NCBI GenBank assembly: GCA_041725875.1
Contig: JBGRQB010000002.1
Coordinates: 11,464-75,463, forward strand
DNA length: 64,000 nt
Direction: 5' to 3'
Origin: Rhodothermaceae bacterium
Lineage (GTDB): Bacteria > Bacteroidota > Ignavibacteria > Ignavibacteriales > Melioribacteraceae
Every line of letters begins with the position of its first letter. Positions within the stretch are counted from its first letter, which is position 1. The notes under the pieces are model-generated. The model saw nothing but the letters and a program-made list of their open reading frames with translations. It did not search any database and was not told the DNA's origin. This document shows, piece after piece, positions 30,938-39,901 of this stretch. The position numbers were made by a program, and so were the translations under genes.

Positions 30938-31381
30938 ATGGAAAACAGGGCTTCTCTTGAGATACAATATTTATCCAAATTGAATTTTTACCTCAGTTAC
31001 GAACTTTCTACAGGAACGTTGGCTTTATTATCCTATCTGTATACAATAACATTGGTTCTTGCAGTAGCAGCGGCCGCTATATTTACACCCTTTATGCTTT
31101 TTATATTATATAGAGAAAAGCGATTTGGCTGGATTAACCTGTTTCTTATTTTTATAATCATTCCGTTAATGCTCACCTTTACAAATCTTATCCCCGATTA
31201 TCTGGCAGAAGTTCTGCGCTATTCTATTTTAGGTGGATTTTATATGTACTGCGTTCTGCTAAAACTAGTTGTAAGAGATTGGCTGCAGGAACGAAAAAGT
31301 AAAATTCAATATCTGCGTATGAAAGAGGAAAGCGCCAGAAGAAAGAAACTTGAAGAGATGGTTTACCATTCTGAAAATTAA
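30938..31381 (+). CDS. hypothetical membrane protein
   Basis: 147 aa with 3-4 hydrophobic segments and a charged C-terminal tail. Confidence 0.5.
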   Translation: MENRASLEIQYLSKLNFYLSYELSTGTLALLSYLYTITLVLAVAAAAIFTPFMLFILYREKRFGWINLFLIFIIIPLMLTFTNLIPDYLAEVLRYSILGGFYMYCVLLKLVVRDWLQERKSKIQYLRMKEESARRKKLEEMVYHSEN

Positions 31382-31412
31382 AATTGACATTATGTCCTGA
31401 TTTTATTATTCT

Positions 31413-31438
31413 TGTATATACAATAATTGTAAATACAA
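31413..31438 (+). promoter_or_regulatory. candidate MarR operator, copy 1
   Basis: TGTATATACAATAATTGTAAATACAA ends 5 nt before the MarR ATG. It recurs with 3 mismatches in front of the DoxX gene. Confidence 0.55.
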
Positions 31439-31442
31439 TAGA

Positions 31443-31892
31443 ATGACTTTAGAAGAAGAAATAAAACAGAAGAAATTTTTATCGCCCCAGATTAAGGCTT
31501 ATCTGAATATACAATTTACCGGTAACTGGTTATCTGCTCTCTCAAACAAATTTTTTGCAAAGTTTGAGCTTACAAACCAGCAGTATAATGTTTTAAGGAT
31601 TTTACGCGGTCACTCCCCGATTCCTTTAACTCTTGCTTCAATTCAGGGAAGAATGCTTGATAAAAGCTCAAATGTAACAAGATTAATAGATAAACTTGTA
31701 AAAAGAGGATTTGTTACTTCTGAACGAAATAATGAAAATAAAAGAAAAGTAGACATTTTAATAACCCCAAAAGGATTGGAGTTTATGGCGGAAATTGATA
31801 AAGAACTTCCTGAACAGGAAAATATTCTGGCTCAACTAACTGACAAAGAAGCCGATTTATTAAATGAGCTGCTCGATCGTATTCGGGGGTAA
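31443..31892 (+). CDS. MarR family transcriptional regulator
   Basis: LTNQQYNVLRIL...SNVTRLIDKLVKRGFVTSERNNENKRKVDILITPKG winged-helix pattern. Confidence 0.88.
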   Translation: MTLEEEIKQKKFLSPQIKAYLNIQFTGNWLSALSNKFFAKFELTNQQYNVLRILRGHSPIPLTLASIQGRMLDKSSNVTRLIDKLVKRGFVTSERNNENKRKVDILITPKGLEFMAEIDKELPEQENILAQLTDKEADLLNELLDRIRG

Positions 31893-31911
31893 AATTTTTT
31901 AAACTAACAAA

Positions 31912-31937
31912 TGTATATACAACAATTGTAATGACAA
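31912..31937 (+). promoter_or_regulatory. candidate MarR operator, copy 2
   Basis: TGTATATACAACAATTGTAATGACAA lies 16 nt upstream of the DoxX ATG. Confidence 0.5.
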
Positions 31938-31953
31938 CAAAGGAGTTAATATA

Positions 31954-32331
31954 ATGAACAAGATGAAAATATTATTTATAGTAAGCAAAGTACTTTTTAT
32001 AGGTATATTTCTTTCATCGGGAATAAATAAGATATTTAATTTTTCAGGAACTGCACAATATATGGCTTCCGCAGGAATGCCGATGCCGAGTCTGTTTCTT
32101 GTAGGAGCAATAATCTTGCTGCTGGCCGGTTCTCTTTCAATTCTGTTTAATTACAGACAACAGCTTGGTGCTCTTCTTTTAATCATATTCCTTATACCCA
32201 CAACATTAATTTTCCATAATAATCTGGCAGATCAGATGCAGATGATAATGTTTATGAAAAATGTTTCTATTCTGGGCGGATTAATAATTTACGCTGTTGC
32301 AGGTAAAGAGATTAGTGAAAAATTTCAATAG
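31954..32331 (+). CDS. DoxX family membrane protein
   Basis: 125 aa with four TM segments; FLSSGINKI and HNNL motifs as in DoxX-like proteins. Confidence 0.75.
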   Translation: MNKMKILFIVSKVLFIGIFLSSGINKIFNFSGTAQYMASAGMPMPSLFLVGAIILLLAGSLSILFNYRQQLGALLLIIFLIPTTLIFHNNLADQMQMIMFMKNVSILGGLIIYAVAGKEISEKFQ

Positions 32332-32366
32332 TTTGATAAAATCCCGGTTGTAAAATCGGGATTTAT

Positions 32367-33068
32367 TTAAAAGCTCATCAATTCTTTGAAGCGTGCTGTT
32401 TGTCTGCGTGAAATCTCAATTTCGGTTTTATCTTTCATTATTACTTTTAATGAACCGTTGAACCAGGTTTCTATTTTTTCAATCCATTTTATATTAATTA
32501 TCTGTTTCCGGTTTGCTCTGAAAAATTGTGCGGGATTTAATTTCTCTTCCAGATAATTAAGCGTTCGCGGAATCATAGGTGATTTATCTTCAAAAAAGAC
32601 TTTTGAATAATTACCGTCAACCTCGAAAAACTTGATATCACTCAAATTTACAAACCAGCAGTTACTGCTGTCTTTTATAAAGAATTGCTCCCCTATATAT
32701 TTTTCCTGCGGTTCCTCAACCTTTATTTCTGAAGTTTTCATAATTGCTTCTGCCAGCCGACCTTTATCAACCGGTTTCAGAAGATAATCAAGTGCGTTAA
32801 ATTCAAAAGCTTTAAGCGCGTATTCATCATAAGCAGTTGTAAAAATAACCTGCGGAATAAATTCCAGATCTTCCAGAAGTTCGAACCCTGATTTTCCCGG
32901 CATTTGTATATCAAGAAAAATCAGATCAGGTTTCAGTTCTTCAATTTGGGTTTTTGCTTCTTCTGCATTTGCTGCTTCACCTATTATTTCAATCTGTGTG
33001 CGGTTTGCCAGCAATCTTTTAAGTTCATTTCTTGCGAGTCGGGAATCATCTATTATTATTACTTTCAT
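32367..33068 (-). CDS. LytR/AlgR (LytTR) family response regulator
   Basis: Receiver domain (IIDDS, DLIFLDIQMPG, TAYDEYALKAF) plus a LytTR DNA-binding domain. Confidence 0.9.
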   Translation of the reverse strand: MKVIIIDDSRLARNELKRLLANRTQIEIIGEAANAEEAKTQIEELKPDLIFLDIQMPGKSGFELLEDLEFIPQVIFTTAYDEYALKAFEFNALDYLLKPVDKGRLAEAIMKTSEIKVEEPQEKYIGEQFFIKDSSNCWFVNLSDIKFFEVDGNYSKVFFEDKSPMIPRTLNYLEEKLNPAQFFRANRKQIINIKWIEKIETWFNGSLKVIMKDKTEIEISRRQTARFKELMSF

Positions 33069-33069
33069 A

Positions 33070-34101
33070 TCAGCTCAGTGGAATATTAAATTTTGCTTTT
33101 ACCATATTTTCTGAAATCTGTTCAAGATTCAAAATTGACTTTTCTCCAAACATAAGTCTTAAACGTTCAGATGCGTTTTTTAACCCGATTTTTGTTGAAT
33201 TCGGATCGTTAGTTATTTTTCCTGTGTTTGTCACTTCAATTATAACATTTTTATCTGATTCAAAAATATTGATTTCAATCTCTCCTCCGGCAGGAATTTT
33301 TTGTATTCCATGTTTAATTGCATTCTCAACCAGAAGCTGAATTGACATTGCCGGAACCAGAATTTCCATCAGATTTTTATCTGCAGTTATTTTATAATTT
33401 AGTCTGTCTTCAAGGTGTATAGACTGCAAATTCAGATAATCCTGCACAATTTCAAGTTCTCTGCTTATGCTTTCCTTTCCGGAGTTGCTGAATTTCATAG
33501 AGTATCTTAACAGTTCCGAAAGATGTGTTATCATATCGCTTGCCTGTTCGGTGTTTTCAAACATAAGAGAGCGAATGTTGTTCAGACTGTTAAATATAAA
33601 ATGTGGATTTATCTGTGCTTTAAGGGAATTAATTTGTGATTCTCTGGCAGCAATTTCCAGATGAAGTTTTTCTATTTCCTTTTTTCTGCTGTATCGTATA
33701 TATGCAAAGGTTAAGTAAATGCCTGTCCAGGCAACAATAAAAAATGAAGTATTCAGAAAGTAAAAGAGTAAAATCTGAAAACTGTATTGCTGAAAAATTA
33801 TCAGTTCAAGAGGATAAATCATTATAACTGAAGTAAACAAATTTACTGTTATGGAGATTAACACAACCGCTGCTGCCACTCTTATTAAAATCCATTTTAG
33901 AGGTTTTTCAATTAATCTGGTTCTTATTATATAATTTCTAAAAGTGTGAGTAAGAAATATTATCAGCAGAGTATGAGAGATAAATAACGGAATCCAGCGG
34001 GTTATATCATCTCCTCTCATTTTTGTTGAGATGAGTCCGGCCAGAAGATAGATCCCCCAGCCGATAATTTGAAAACTCCAATATAAAACTTTATTCTTCA
34101 T
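33070..34101 (-). CDS. LytS/YehU-type sensor histidine kinase
   Basis: Multi-TM N-terminus, NPHFIFNSLNNI H-box (His_kinase family), LLVENAIKHG N-box. There is 1 nt between its stop and the regulator start. Confidence 0.88.
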   Translation of the reverse strand: MKNKVLYWSFQIIGWGIYLLAGLISTKMRGDDITRWIPLFISHTLLIIFLTHTFRNYIIRTRLIEKPLKWILIRVAAAVVLISITVNLFTSVIMIYPLELIIFQQYSFQILLFYFLNTSFFIVAWTGIYLTFAYIRYSRKKEIEKLHLEIAARESQINSLKAQINPHFIFNSLNNIRSLMFENTEQASDMITHLSELLRYSMKFSNSGKESISRELEIVQDYLNLQSIHLEDRLNYKITADKNLMEILVPAMSIQLLVENAIKHGIQKIPAGGEIEINIFESDKNVIIEVTNTGKITNDPNSTKIGLKNASERLRLMFGEKSILNLEQISENMVKAKFNIPLS

Positions 34102-34139
34102 CAGGTCTGTTTAATTTTTTTAGTAAAGCAAAAATATGA

Positions 34140-35051
34140 CTATTTAATTATAAAATCTTTTAATGTTTTTGCGTACCAGTCAAAATCATCCCACATAATA
34201 AAATGTTTTCCTTTATCTGTAAGTTCTATTCTAAAATTTTTGGCTTTTGCATATTGCATTGAGTAAAGATTTTTTGTGCTTTCTCTTGTGGCGCCGTAAT
34301 TTTTATAAGCTATCCAGGCACCAAAAAGAAGAACAGGGGCTTTTATATTTGCAATATCTTCTCTTATATCTGTTACCATTAATTCAAACATTGCCTGATT
34401 TAATATTTTCGGGTCTGAGTTTTTTGTCCAGTCAAGCAGCAAATCCATTTTTTCTTTATGAATTGTCATTGATAAAAACATCTGTTTTCGCTGTTCGTCA
34501 GATAAAGTTTGTTTTCCGGGTTCAAAATCGTAATCATATCTGAAAGTTTTTTTAGCAAACTCCATTTGCGATTCACTTGTTGCAGCAGGATTAATAACAG
34601 CTGATAAAAACGGAAGTCCGTCAACACTTACAACATTTTTTACAAGATCAGGATATTCAGAAGCTATCCATAATGAAAGGAAGCCTCCCATACTGTGTCC
34701 GACTAGCGTAGCTTTGCCAAGCTTGTTTTTTGTAATATATTCTGCTATTCCGTCGCGCACAGCTGCTAAATATTCCTCTTCGTCAACAGCTTTTTTTCCG
34801 GCAAAACCGGCAAGCTGAAATACGTGACATTCAAAATCGGAATTGAGATAATTTACTGTTTCATCCCAAACGCTTTTGTGAGAAGCATATCCGTGAATAA
34901 GAATTACCGGATTTCCCTTTCCTGAAACAGTTACATCAAACAGCTCGGTTGAAGTTGTTTCTGCTCTGAGAGAGTTTACTGTAAATGTAAATGCAAGCAG
35001 AAGAAGTATAAAAACAAGGTTAAGACTATATTCATTTTTTATGCGTTTCAT
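34140..35051 (-). CDS. secreted alpha/beta hydrolase
   Basis: Signal peptide, HG oxyanion motif (VILIHGY) and GHSMGG nucleophile elbow. Confidence 0.85.
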   Translation of the reverse strand: MKRIKNEYSLNLVFILLLLAFTFTVNSLRAETTSTELFDVTVSGKGNPVILIHGYASHKSVWDETVNYLNSDFECHVFQLAGFAGKKAVDEEEYLAAVRDGIAEYITKNKLGKATLVGHSMGGFLSLWIASEYPDLVKNVVSVDGLPFLSAVINPAATSESQMEFAKKTFRYDYDFEPGKQTLSDEQRKQMFLSMTIHKEKMDLLLDWTKNSDPKILNQAMFELMVTDIREDIANIKAPVLLFGAWIAYKNYGATRESTKNLYSMQYAKAKNFRIELTDKGKHFIMWDDFDWYAKTLKDFIIK

Positions 35052-35215
35052 TTTATCTCCTTTTTAGTAATAATTTCAACCGAATTATAAGTCTATAAAA
35101 AGATAATCTGAATAAAATTGTGATAAATGGTTTGTAAAGATGATGAATGGCAGGAAAGGATTATGAAATACATTGTGATAATCTGCCGATGGTTTATCAG
35201 CAGATAAGATACGAT

Positions 35216-35917
35216 TTACTTTTTGAAAAAGGTGCATTCTTCATAAAGACACTCTTTATTCATTTGCGAAAATTCGCAAGTTACATTTCTGTCGATATCT
35301 ATGGAAATATCAAGATGTTCTTTAACATAATCCTGAGCAGTAAATAAAGCTAAAAAAGTATCGCGTTTGCAGCATCTGGGTCCGCCGCAATGTGCAATTG
35401 CTTCAAGTGCTCTGGACGTTGCCAGATTGCTCAATTTCCACGATTCAGAAGTTACCGGAGTGGCTTTGGTAAGGATGCTTACAAAAATTCCGGTTCCGAT
35501 ACCTGCACCGCAGGCTCCGTTAAATCCGCAAAAGCCGCCGGGCACTTTTTCACCTCTTTTTCTGGCTGTCTTAATATCTACTCCTTTTCCTTCTATTTTA
35601 CCAATTGTATTGTAGTAAGCAGAAAGTAAAACCGCGGGAACCAGAAAATGATGCTCGGGACCGTGCATTTTTACTGCCCGGTTTTTCATCAGATAGTTTG
35701 CAATTTTAACCGGATCTGTAAGATTCGTGTTAATTGTATACTTTTCTATTAAATCCATTGCGCCGGAACTGTGACAGGTATCGCAGATAAAATGCCCTTT
35801 GGAACACACATTATTAGAGTTGAAAATTTCTCCGCAGTAAAAACATTTATGCTCAGATGAAGTGTTTTCGTAAACAAGTTCGCTGCCGCAAATCAGGCAT
35901 CCGCTTTTGTGTTCCAT
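35216..35917 (-). CDS. cysteine-rich protein of unknown function (N-terminal zinc-ribbon-like CxxC pairs)
   Basis: CLICG...CFYCG...C...CDTC at the N-terminus; further Cys clusters at GGFCGFNGACGAG, HCGGPRCCKRD and CEFSQMNKECLYEEC. Confidence 0.6.
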   Translation of the reverse strand: MEHKSGCLICGSELVYENTSSEHKCFYCGEIFNSNNVCSKGHFICDTCHSSGAMDLIEKYTINTNLTDPVKIANYLMKNRAVKMHGPEHHFLVPAVLLSAYYNTIGKIEGKGVDIKTARKRGEKVPGGFCGFNGACGAGIGTGIFVSILTKATPVTSESWKLSNLATSRALEAIAHCGGPRCCKRDTFLALFTAQDYVKEHLDISIDIDRNVTCEFSQMNKECLYEECTFFKK

Positions 35918-35989
35918 TGCTTTCCTTTGGCATTAATAATTGAATTTGAATAAATTAAGATGAATTATATCTGAAACAGGTTCAGGAAA

Positions 35990-37138
35990 TTAACCATTCC
36001 CGTTTTTTCCTTTTACAATTATCTCGGTAAAAATCTTTCCTTTGTTGGTTGGCTCAACAGCATATAATTCCATTGGTTCGGGAACTCCTTTAAGCTCAAT
36101 TTTCCCGATATTTTCAGTACTGAAGTTATCAGAAAAAGAAAGTTGATCTTTAAGATCTTTGGAAATAAGAAGATCCTTTTTATAACGGGTACAGGAGGAG
36201 CGAATTCTTGCAGCTGTATTTACAACTTCGCCATTATGAATTACTTCTGTTTTCAAATCTCCAATTTCAGCTGTAATTACTTCTCCGCAATGAACACCTG
36301 CTTTGAATTTTGGAACAAGTCCATATTTCTTTCTGTATTTTTCAGCATTTTTGTGGATCTCTTCCTGCATCAGATGAAAAAGGTAGATGCAGTTGTTGTT
36401 TTTCAGACCCACTTTCATTCTCCAGGTAACAACTACCTCATCGCCAACGTATTGGTAAATATGACCTGAAGTTCTTAACACCGGGATAGTCAGATCGTGG
36501 AAAAAATCATTTATAAGATTGAAATATTGAATTCTTTCAAGTTTATTGGAAATTTCCGTTGAAGAGATCAGATCGAGAAACATAAAAATGCGCTCCTCTT
36601 TTACGGGGTATCTGTATTTGCCGCTCCATAAAACCATCAGATTGTTATGGCCAAATAATTTACCTATCTGATTAAAAAATACCAGAAAGTCGATTGCAAT
36701 TGTTATAAAGATGAAGTTGTAGAGAAATACATCTGTTTTAATTATCTCAAAACAGCTGGAAATGGGATTATCTTCCAGAAATGCAATTGAAAGTTCGAGT
36801 CCGGTTAACAATATAACCACTAAAAGTAAGTATATAAAAGACCTGATAAGAACCATATACATAAGTCGGATTTTTCTGAACATCTTGATAAAGATAAATT
36901 CTTCAAAAACGCCAACCAGTGCGCCTACTATAAAACCTATTATAAAAACCTTCACCGGATCTGTATCAATATAGCCTGTGAGAAGATTATAAAGATATGC
37001 TGTAATTGAACTTACCGCGCCAAGGACGAGGACTGTCTGCATACGGAAATAATCAAATGGTGAAAGTGTGTGATTGAAAATTTTCATTCCTGACTCATAA
37101 AAAAAGGTGAAGAAATCAGTTTTTCTGATTTGCTTCAC
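35990..37138 (-). CDS. membrane-anchored class III adenylate/guanylate cyclase
   Basis: About 6 TM N-terminal domain. Catalytic domain with FMFLDLISST (metal Asp), QYVGDEVVV (second Asp) and NGEVVNTAARI. Confidence 0.8.
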   Translation of the reverse strand: MKQIRKTDFFTFFYESGMKIFNHTLSPFDYFRMQTVLVLGAVSSITAYLYNLLTGYIDTDPVKVFIIGFIVGALVGVFEEFIFIKMFRKIRLMYMVLIRSFIYLLLVVILLTGLELSIAFLEDNPISSCFEIIKTDVFLYNFIFITIAIDFLVFFNQIGKLFGHNNLMVLWSGKYRYPVKEERIFMFLDLISSTEISNKLERIQYFNLINDFFHDLTIPVLRTSGHIYQYVGDEVVVTWRMKVGLKNNNCIYLFHLMQEEIHKNAEKYRKKYGLVPKFKAGVHCGEVITAEIGDLKTEVIHNGEVVNTAARIRSSCTRYKKDLLISKDLKDQLSFSDNFSTENIGKIELKGVPEPMELYAVEPTNKGKIFTEIIVKGKNGNG

Positions 37139-37159
37139 CTAACATATTAAAAAAATAGT

Positions 37160-38083
37160 TTATTTTTTAGTTGTATCAAAAACTTTTGTTGCTGTAGCAA
37201 TTATACTTGAAACATCCGCCATATTTTGCGGAATAATCATAGTATTGTTTTCTTTTGCAAGTTTACCGAACTCGCCAAGATATTGTTCTGCAATTCTTAG
37301 ATTTACAGCGTGCTGACCGCCAGGTTCGTTAATGGCTTTTGCAATCTCTCTGATTCCTGTTGCAGTTGCAATTGCTATACTTTCAATTTCTTTTGCTTTA
37401 CCTTCGGCTTCATTTATTTTTTTCTGACGTTCACCTTCAGATTTGGCGATAAGTTCCTGTCTGTCACCTTCTGCACGATTTATTTTGGCTTGTTTATCAC
37501 CTTCAGATTCAGCAATTAAAGCACGTTTTTCACGAACTGCTTTCATCTGTTTTTCCATTGCATCTTTAATACTTTGAGGCGGAACAATATTTTTAACTTC
37601 GTAACGGGTTACTTTTACACCCCACGGATCAGATGCTTTATCAACCGCATCAACAATTGCGTTATTCATTGTGTCGCGCTCTTCAAATGTTTTATCAAGT
37701 TCCAGTTTACCAATAACGCTACGCATTGTTGTCTGGGAAAGCTGAGTTGATGCAAAGCGGTAGTTATTAATTCCGTAAGATGCTTTTTTAGGATCTACAA
37801 CCTGAAGATATAAGATACCGTCAACCTCTACGGAGATATTATCTTTTGTAATACAAACCTGCGGAGCAACATCAAGCGCCTGCTCTTTAAGTGAATGTTT
37901 ATATGCAACTTTGTCAATAAATGGTACCAGAATATGAAAGCCTGCATCAAGTGTAGAATGATATTTGCCTAATCTTTCCACAATAAAAGCTGCTTTTTGC
38001 GGTACAATTCTGATTGTTTTGAATAAAGTGATAATAACTATAAGTGCAACACCTGCACCTATTACTAATAAAATTTGATCCAT
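37160..38083 (-). CDS. SPFH/Band 7 (stomatin-like) protein
   Basis: N-terminal TM, RIVPQKAAFIVERLGKY, then a coiled-coil with repeated AEGD/SEGE/AEGK motifs. Confidence 0.9.
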   Translation of the reverse strand: MDQILLVIGAGVALIVIITLFKTIRIVPQKAAFIVERLGKYHSTLDAGFHILVPFIDKVAYKHSLKEQALDVAPQVCITKDNISVEVDGILYLQVVDPKKASYGINNYRFASTQLSQTTMRSVIGKLELDKTFEERDTMNNAIVDAVDKASDPWGVKVTRYEVKNIVPPQSIKDAMEKQMKAVREKRALIAESEGDKQAKINRAEGDRQELIAKSEGERQKKINEAEGKAKEIESIAIATATGIREIAKAINEPGGQHAVNLRIAEQYLGEFGKLAKENNTMIIPQNMADVSSIIATATKVFDTTKK

Positions 38084-38091
38084 AAAACCCT

Positions 38092-38547
38092 CTAGATTTT
38101 TTTAACTGTTAGTGTAATGTTTTCTTTTTTGATAATTTCCACGTTAGATCCCTGCTCAATTTCTTCATCGGCAACAGCTTTCCACTGAGTTCCTCTGAAT
38201 TCAACTTTTCCGCCTACAGAAGAAATTTTTTCAGTAACAACGCAGACTTTTCCCAATTCTTCATCGAAATCTTCATTGTTTTCAGAGCTGCCAGGTTTTC
38301 CCTGAAACGATGCGGAGAATTTTTTTCTCAGCATTACAAGTGAAACAACAGATGAAACTCCGAATATTAAAAACTGTACTCCAATGGGGATATCGATAAA
38401 CATACATATTATGCCGGTAAGAATTGCACCTGCACCGAAGAAAAATATTATTAATCCGGGAACTGCAAACTCCAGAGCCAGCATAAGAATACCAGCAATT
38501 ATCCACAATACCTGCGGATTCATCCAGTTTTCTACTTCAAATTCCAT
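38092..38547 (-). CDS. NfeD family membrane protein
   Basis: Three TM segments plus a C-terminal OB-fold-like soluble domain (GGKVEFRGTQWKAVADEEIEQGSNVEII), immediately upstream of the SPFH gene. Confidence 0.85.
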   Translation of the reverse strand: MEFEVENWMNPQVLWIIAGILMLALEFAVPGLIIFFFGAGAILTGIICMFIDIPIGVQFLIFGVSSVVSLVMLRKKFSASFQGKPGSSENNEDFDEELGKVCVVTEKISSVGGKVEFRGTQWKAVADEEIEQGSNVEIIKKENITLTVKKI

Positions 38548-38550
38548 TGA

Positions 38551-38841
38551 TTAATCTCCCGATTTATTGTGATTGTCCTTTGATATTTTATAGCCGTATT
38601 CATTCGCAACCCGGTTTATTACTCCCATAATTAATCCGCCTGTAAAGCTGATACCCGATAATGTTGCGAACTGGATAATCTCCAACTCTAAATTTAATAT
38701 AAAATAGTTATAAATGAACATTATTAATGAAAAAATGAGACAAACAGAGAAAGCCCATTTCAAATAATACAGATAACGGTTCTGGTTTCTACTTTTTCCC
38801 CATTGAATAATTTGCTTGTCGTTTAGTCTGAAAAGATTCAT
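38551..38841 (-). CDS. small membrane protein, unknown function
   Basis: 96 aa with two TM segments. Its stop lies 3 nt before the NfeD start. Confidence 0.5.
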   Translation of the reverse strand: MNLFRLNDKQIIQWGKSRNQNRYLYYLKWAFSVCLIFSLIMFIYNYFILNLELEIIQFATLSGISFTGGLIMGVINRVANEYGYKISKDNHNKSGD

Positions 38842-38946
38842 AACTTCCTCAGATAATTAATTTCAAATAATCATAACATTTTATGCAGGAAAAAGCAAGA
38901 CCGTGAATCCTGTTATAATTGATACACGACTTATTCAGGTTTATTC

Positions 38947-38983
38947 AAAAAAAAATGGAAATACTTTTGGCATTTCCATTTTT
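38947..38983. terminator. bidirectional rho-independent terminator downstream of the M23 peptidase gene
   Basis: ATGGAAAT...ATTTCCAT stem flanked by an A run on one side and a T run on the other. Confidence 0.75.
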
Positions 38984-38992
38984 ATGTAAAAT

Positions 38993-39808
38993 CTAAAATT
39001 TCATTTTAAGAAGAGAGAGAGGATCAACCCGGTTTTTGAACCATTGAACTCCCCAGTGGAGATGCGGCCCGGTAGATCTTCCGGTTGAACCAACTTCCCC
39101 TATTTTTTGTCCCTTTTTAACAAACTCGCCATCTTTTACCATTATTTTACTAAGATGCAGATAAAAACTGTTTAATCCCTGACCGTGATCGAGCAACACA
39201 AAATTACCTGAATAGTAAAAGTTATCTGCTACCAGACGAACAACCCCGTCAGTTGTGGCAAAAACAACCTTCCCTTTTGGAACGCCGTAATCTACACCGT
39301 TATGGGCGTTTTTAGGTTTTCCGTTTAATATTCTCTGACTCCCGAAAATGCCTGTAAGACGATTACGTTTTACCGGACGCATAAATCCTTTCACATAAAG
39401 TGCATCATCAATTCTGCCGAGTTTTGTTTTTGCTGCTGTTTTTATGCTGTCTTCTCTATCTATTCTCGCCAGTTCTTCTTTTGGCGGAGTTACAAATTTC
39501 TCCTTCATTCGGATGCGCTGGATTTTATACTTTCTTTTTGCAAGCACAAGTTTTTTTGCAATTACGGTTCCGTCAGTAAGTTTTACGGTTAAATAATGAT
39601 CCGAAGTGTCGTCACGGTCAAAACCAAAAACAAAAAGCCCCTCTTTTTCATCAAACTGAATCTGTTTGTTATCCAGAGTAACTCTGAGTATTTTTTCCGC
39701 TTTTCCAATAACAAGTTCGCCGGGGCGAATTGTACCAATTAGTTCCAGACCGGAGCCATAAAGGAATGAGGCAAATATAAAATATAAAGCTGAAAGCAGA
39801 ATTCTCAT
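38993..39808 (-). CDS. M23 family metallopeptidase
   Basis: HNGVDY, FVLLDHGQGLNSFYLHLS and GSTGRSTGPHLHWGV motifs. Confidence 0.88.
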   Translation of the reverse strand: MRILLSALYFIFASFLYGSGLELIGTIRPGELVIGKAEKILRVTLDNKQIQFDEKEGLFVFGFDRDDTSDHYLTVKLTDGTVIAKKLVLAKRKYKIQRIRMKEKFVTPPKEELARIDREDSIKTAAKTKLGRIDDALYVKGFMRPVKRNRLTGIFGSQRILNGKPKNAHNGVDYGVPKGKVVFATTDGVVRLVADNFYYSGNFVLLDHGQGLNSFYLHLSKIMVKDGEFVKKGQKIGEVGSTGRSTGPHLHWGVQWFKNRVDPLSLLKMKF

Positions 39809-39901
39809 TTGAAACCTTGCGAATTTGTTTGAAAATATAAAATAAAAATACTAATCTAAGCTGTTAAATTAAATTCAATAAAACCATACAAAGGGGAAAA
39901 A

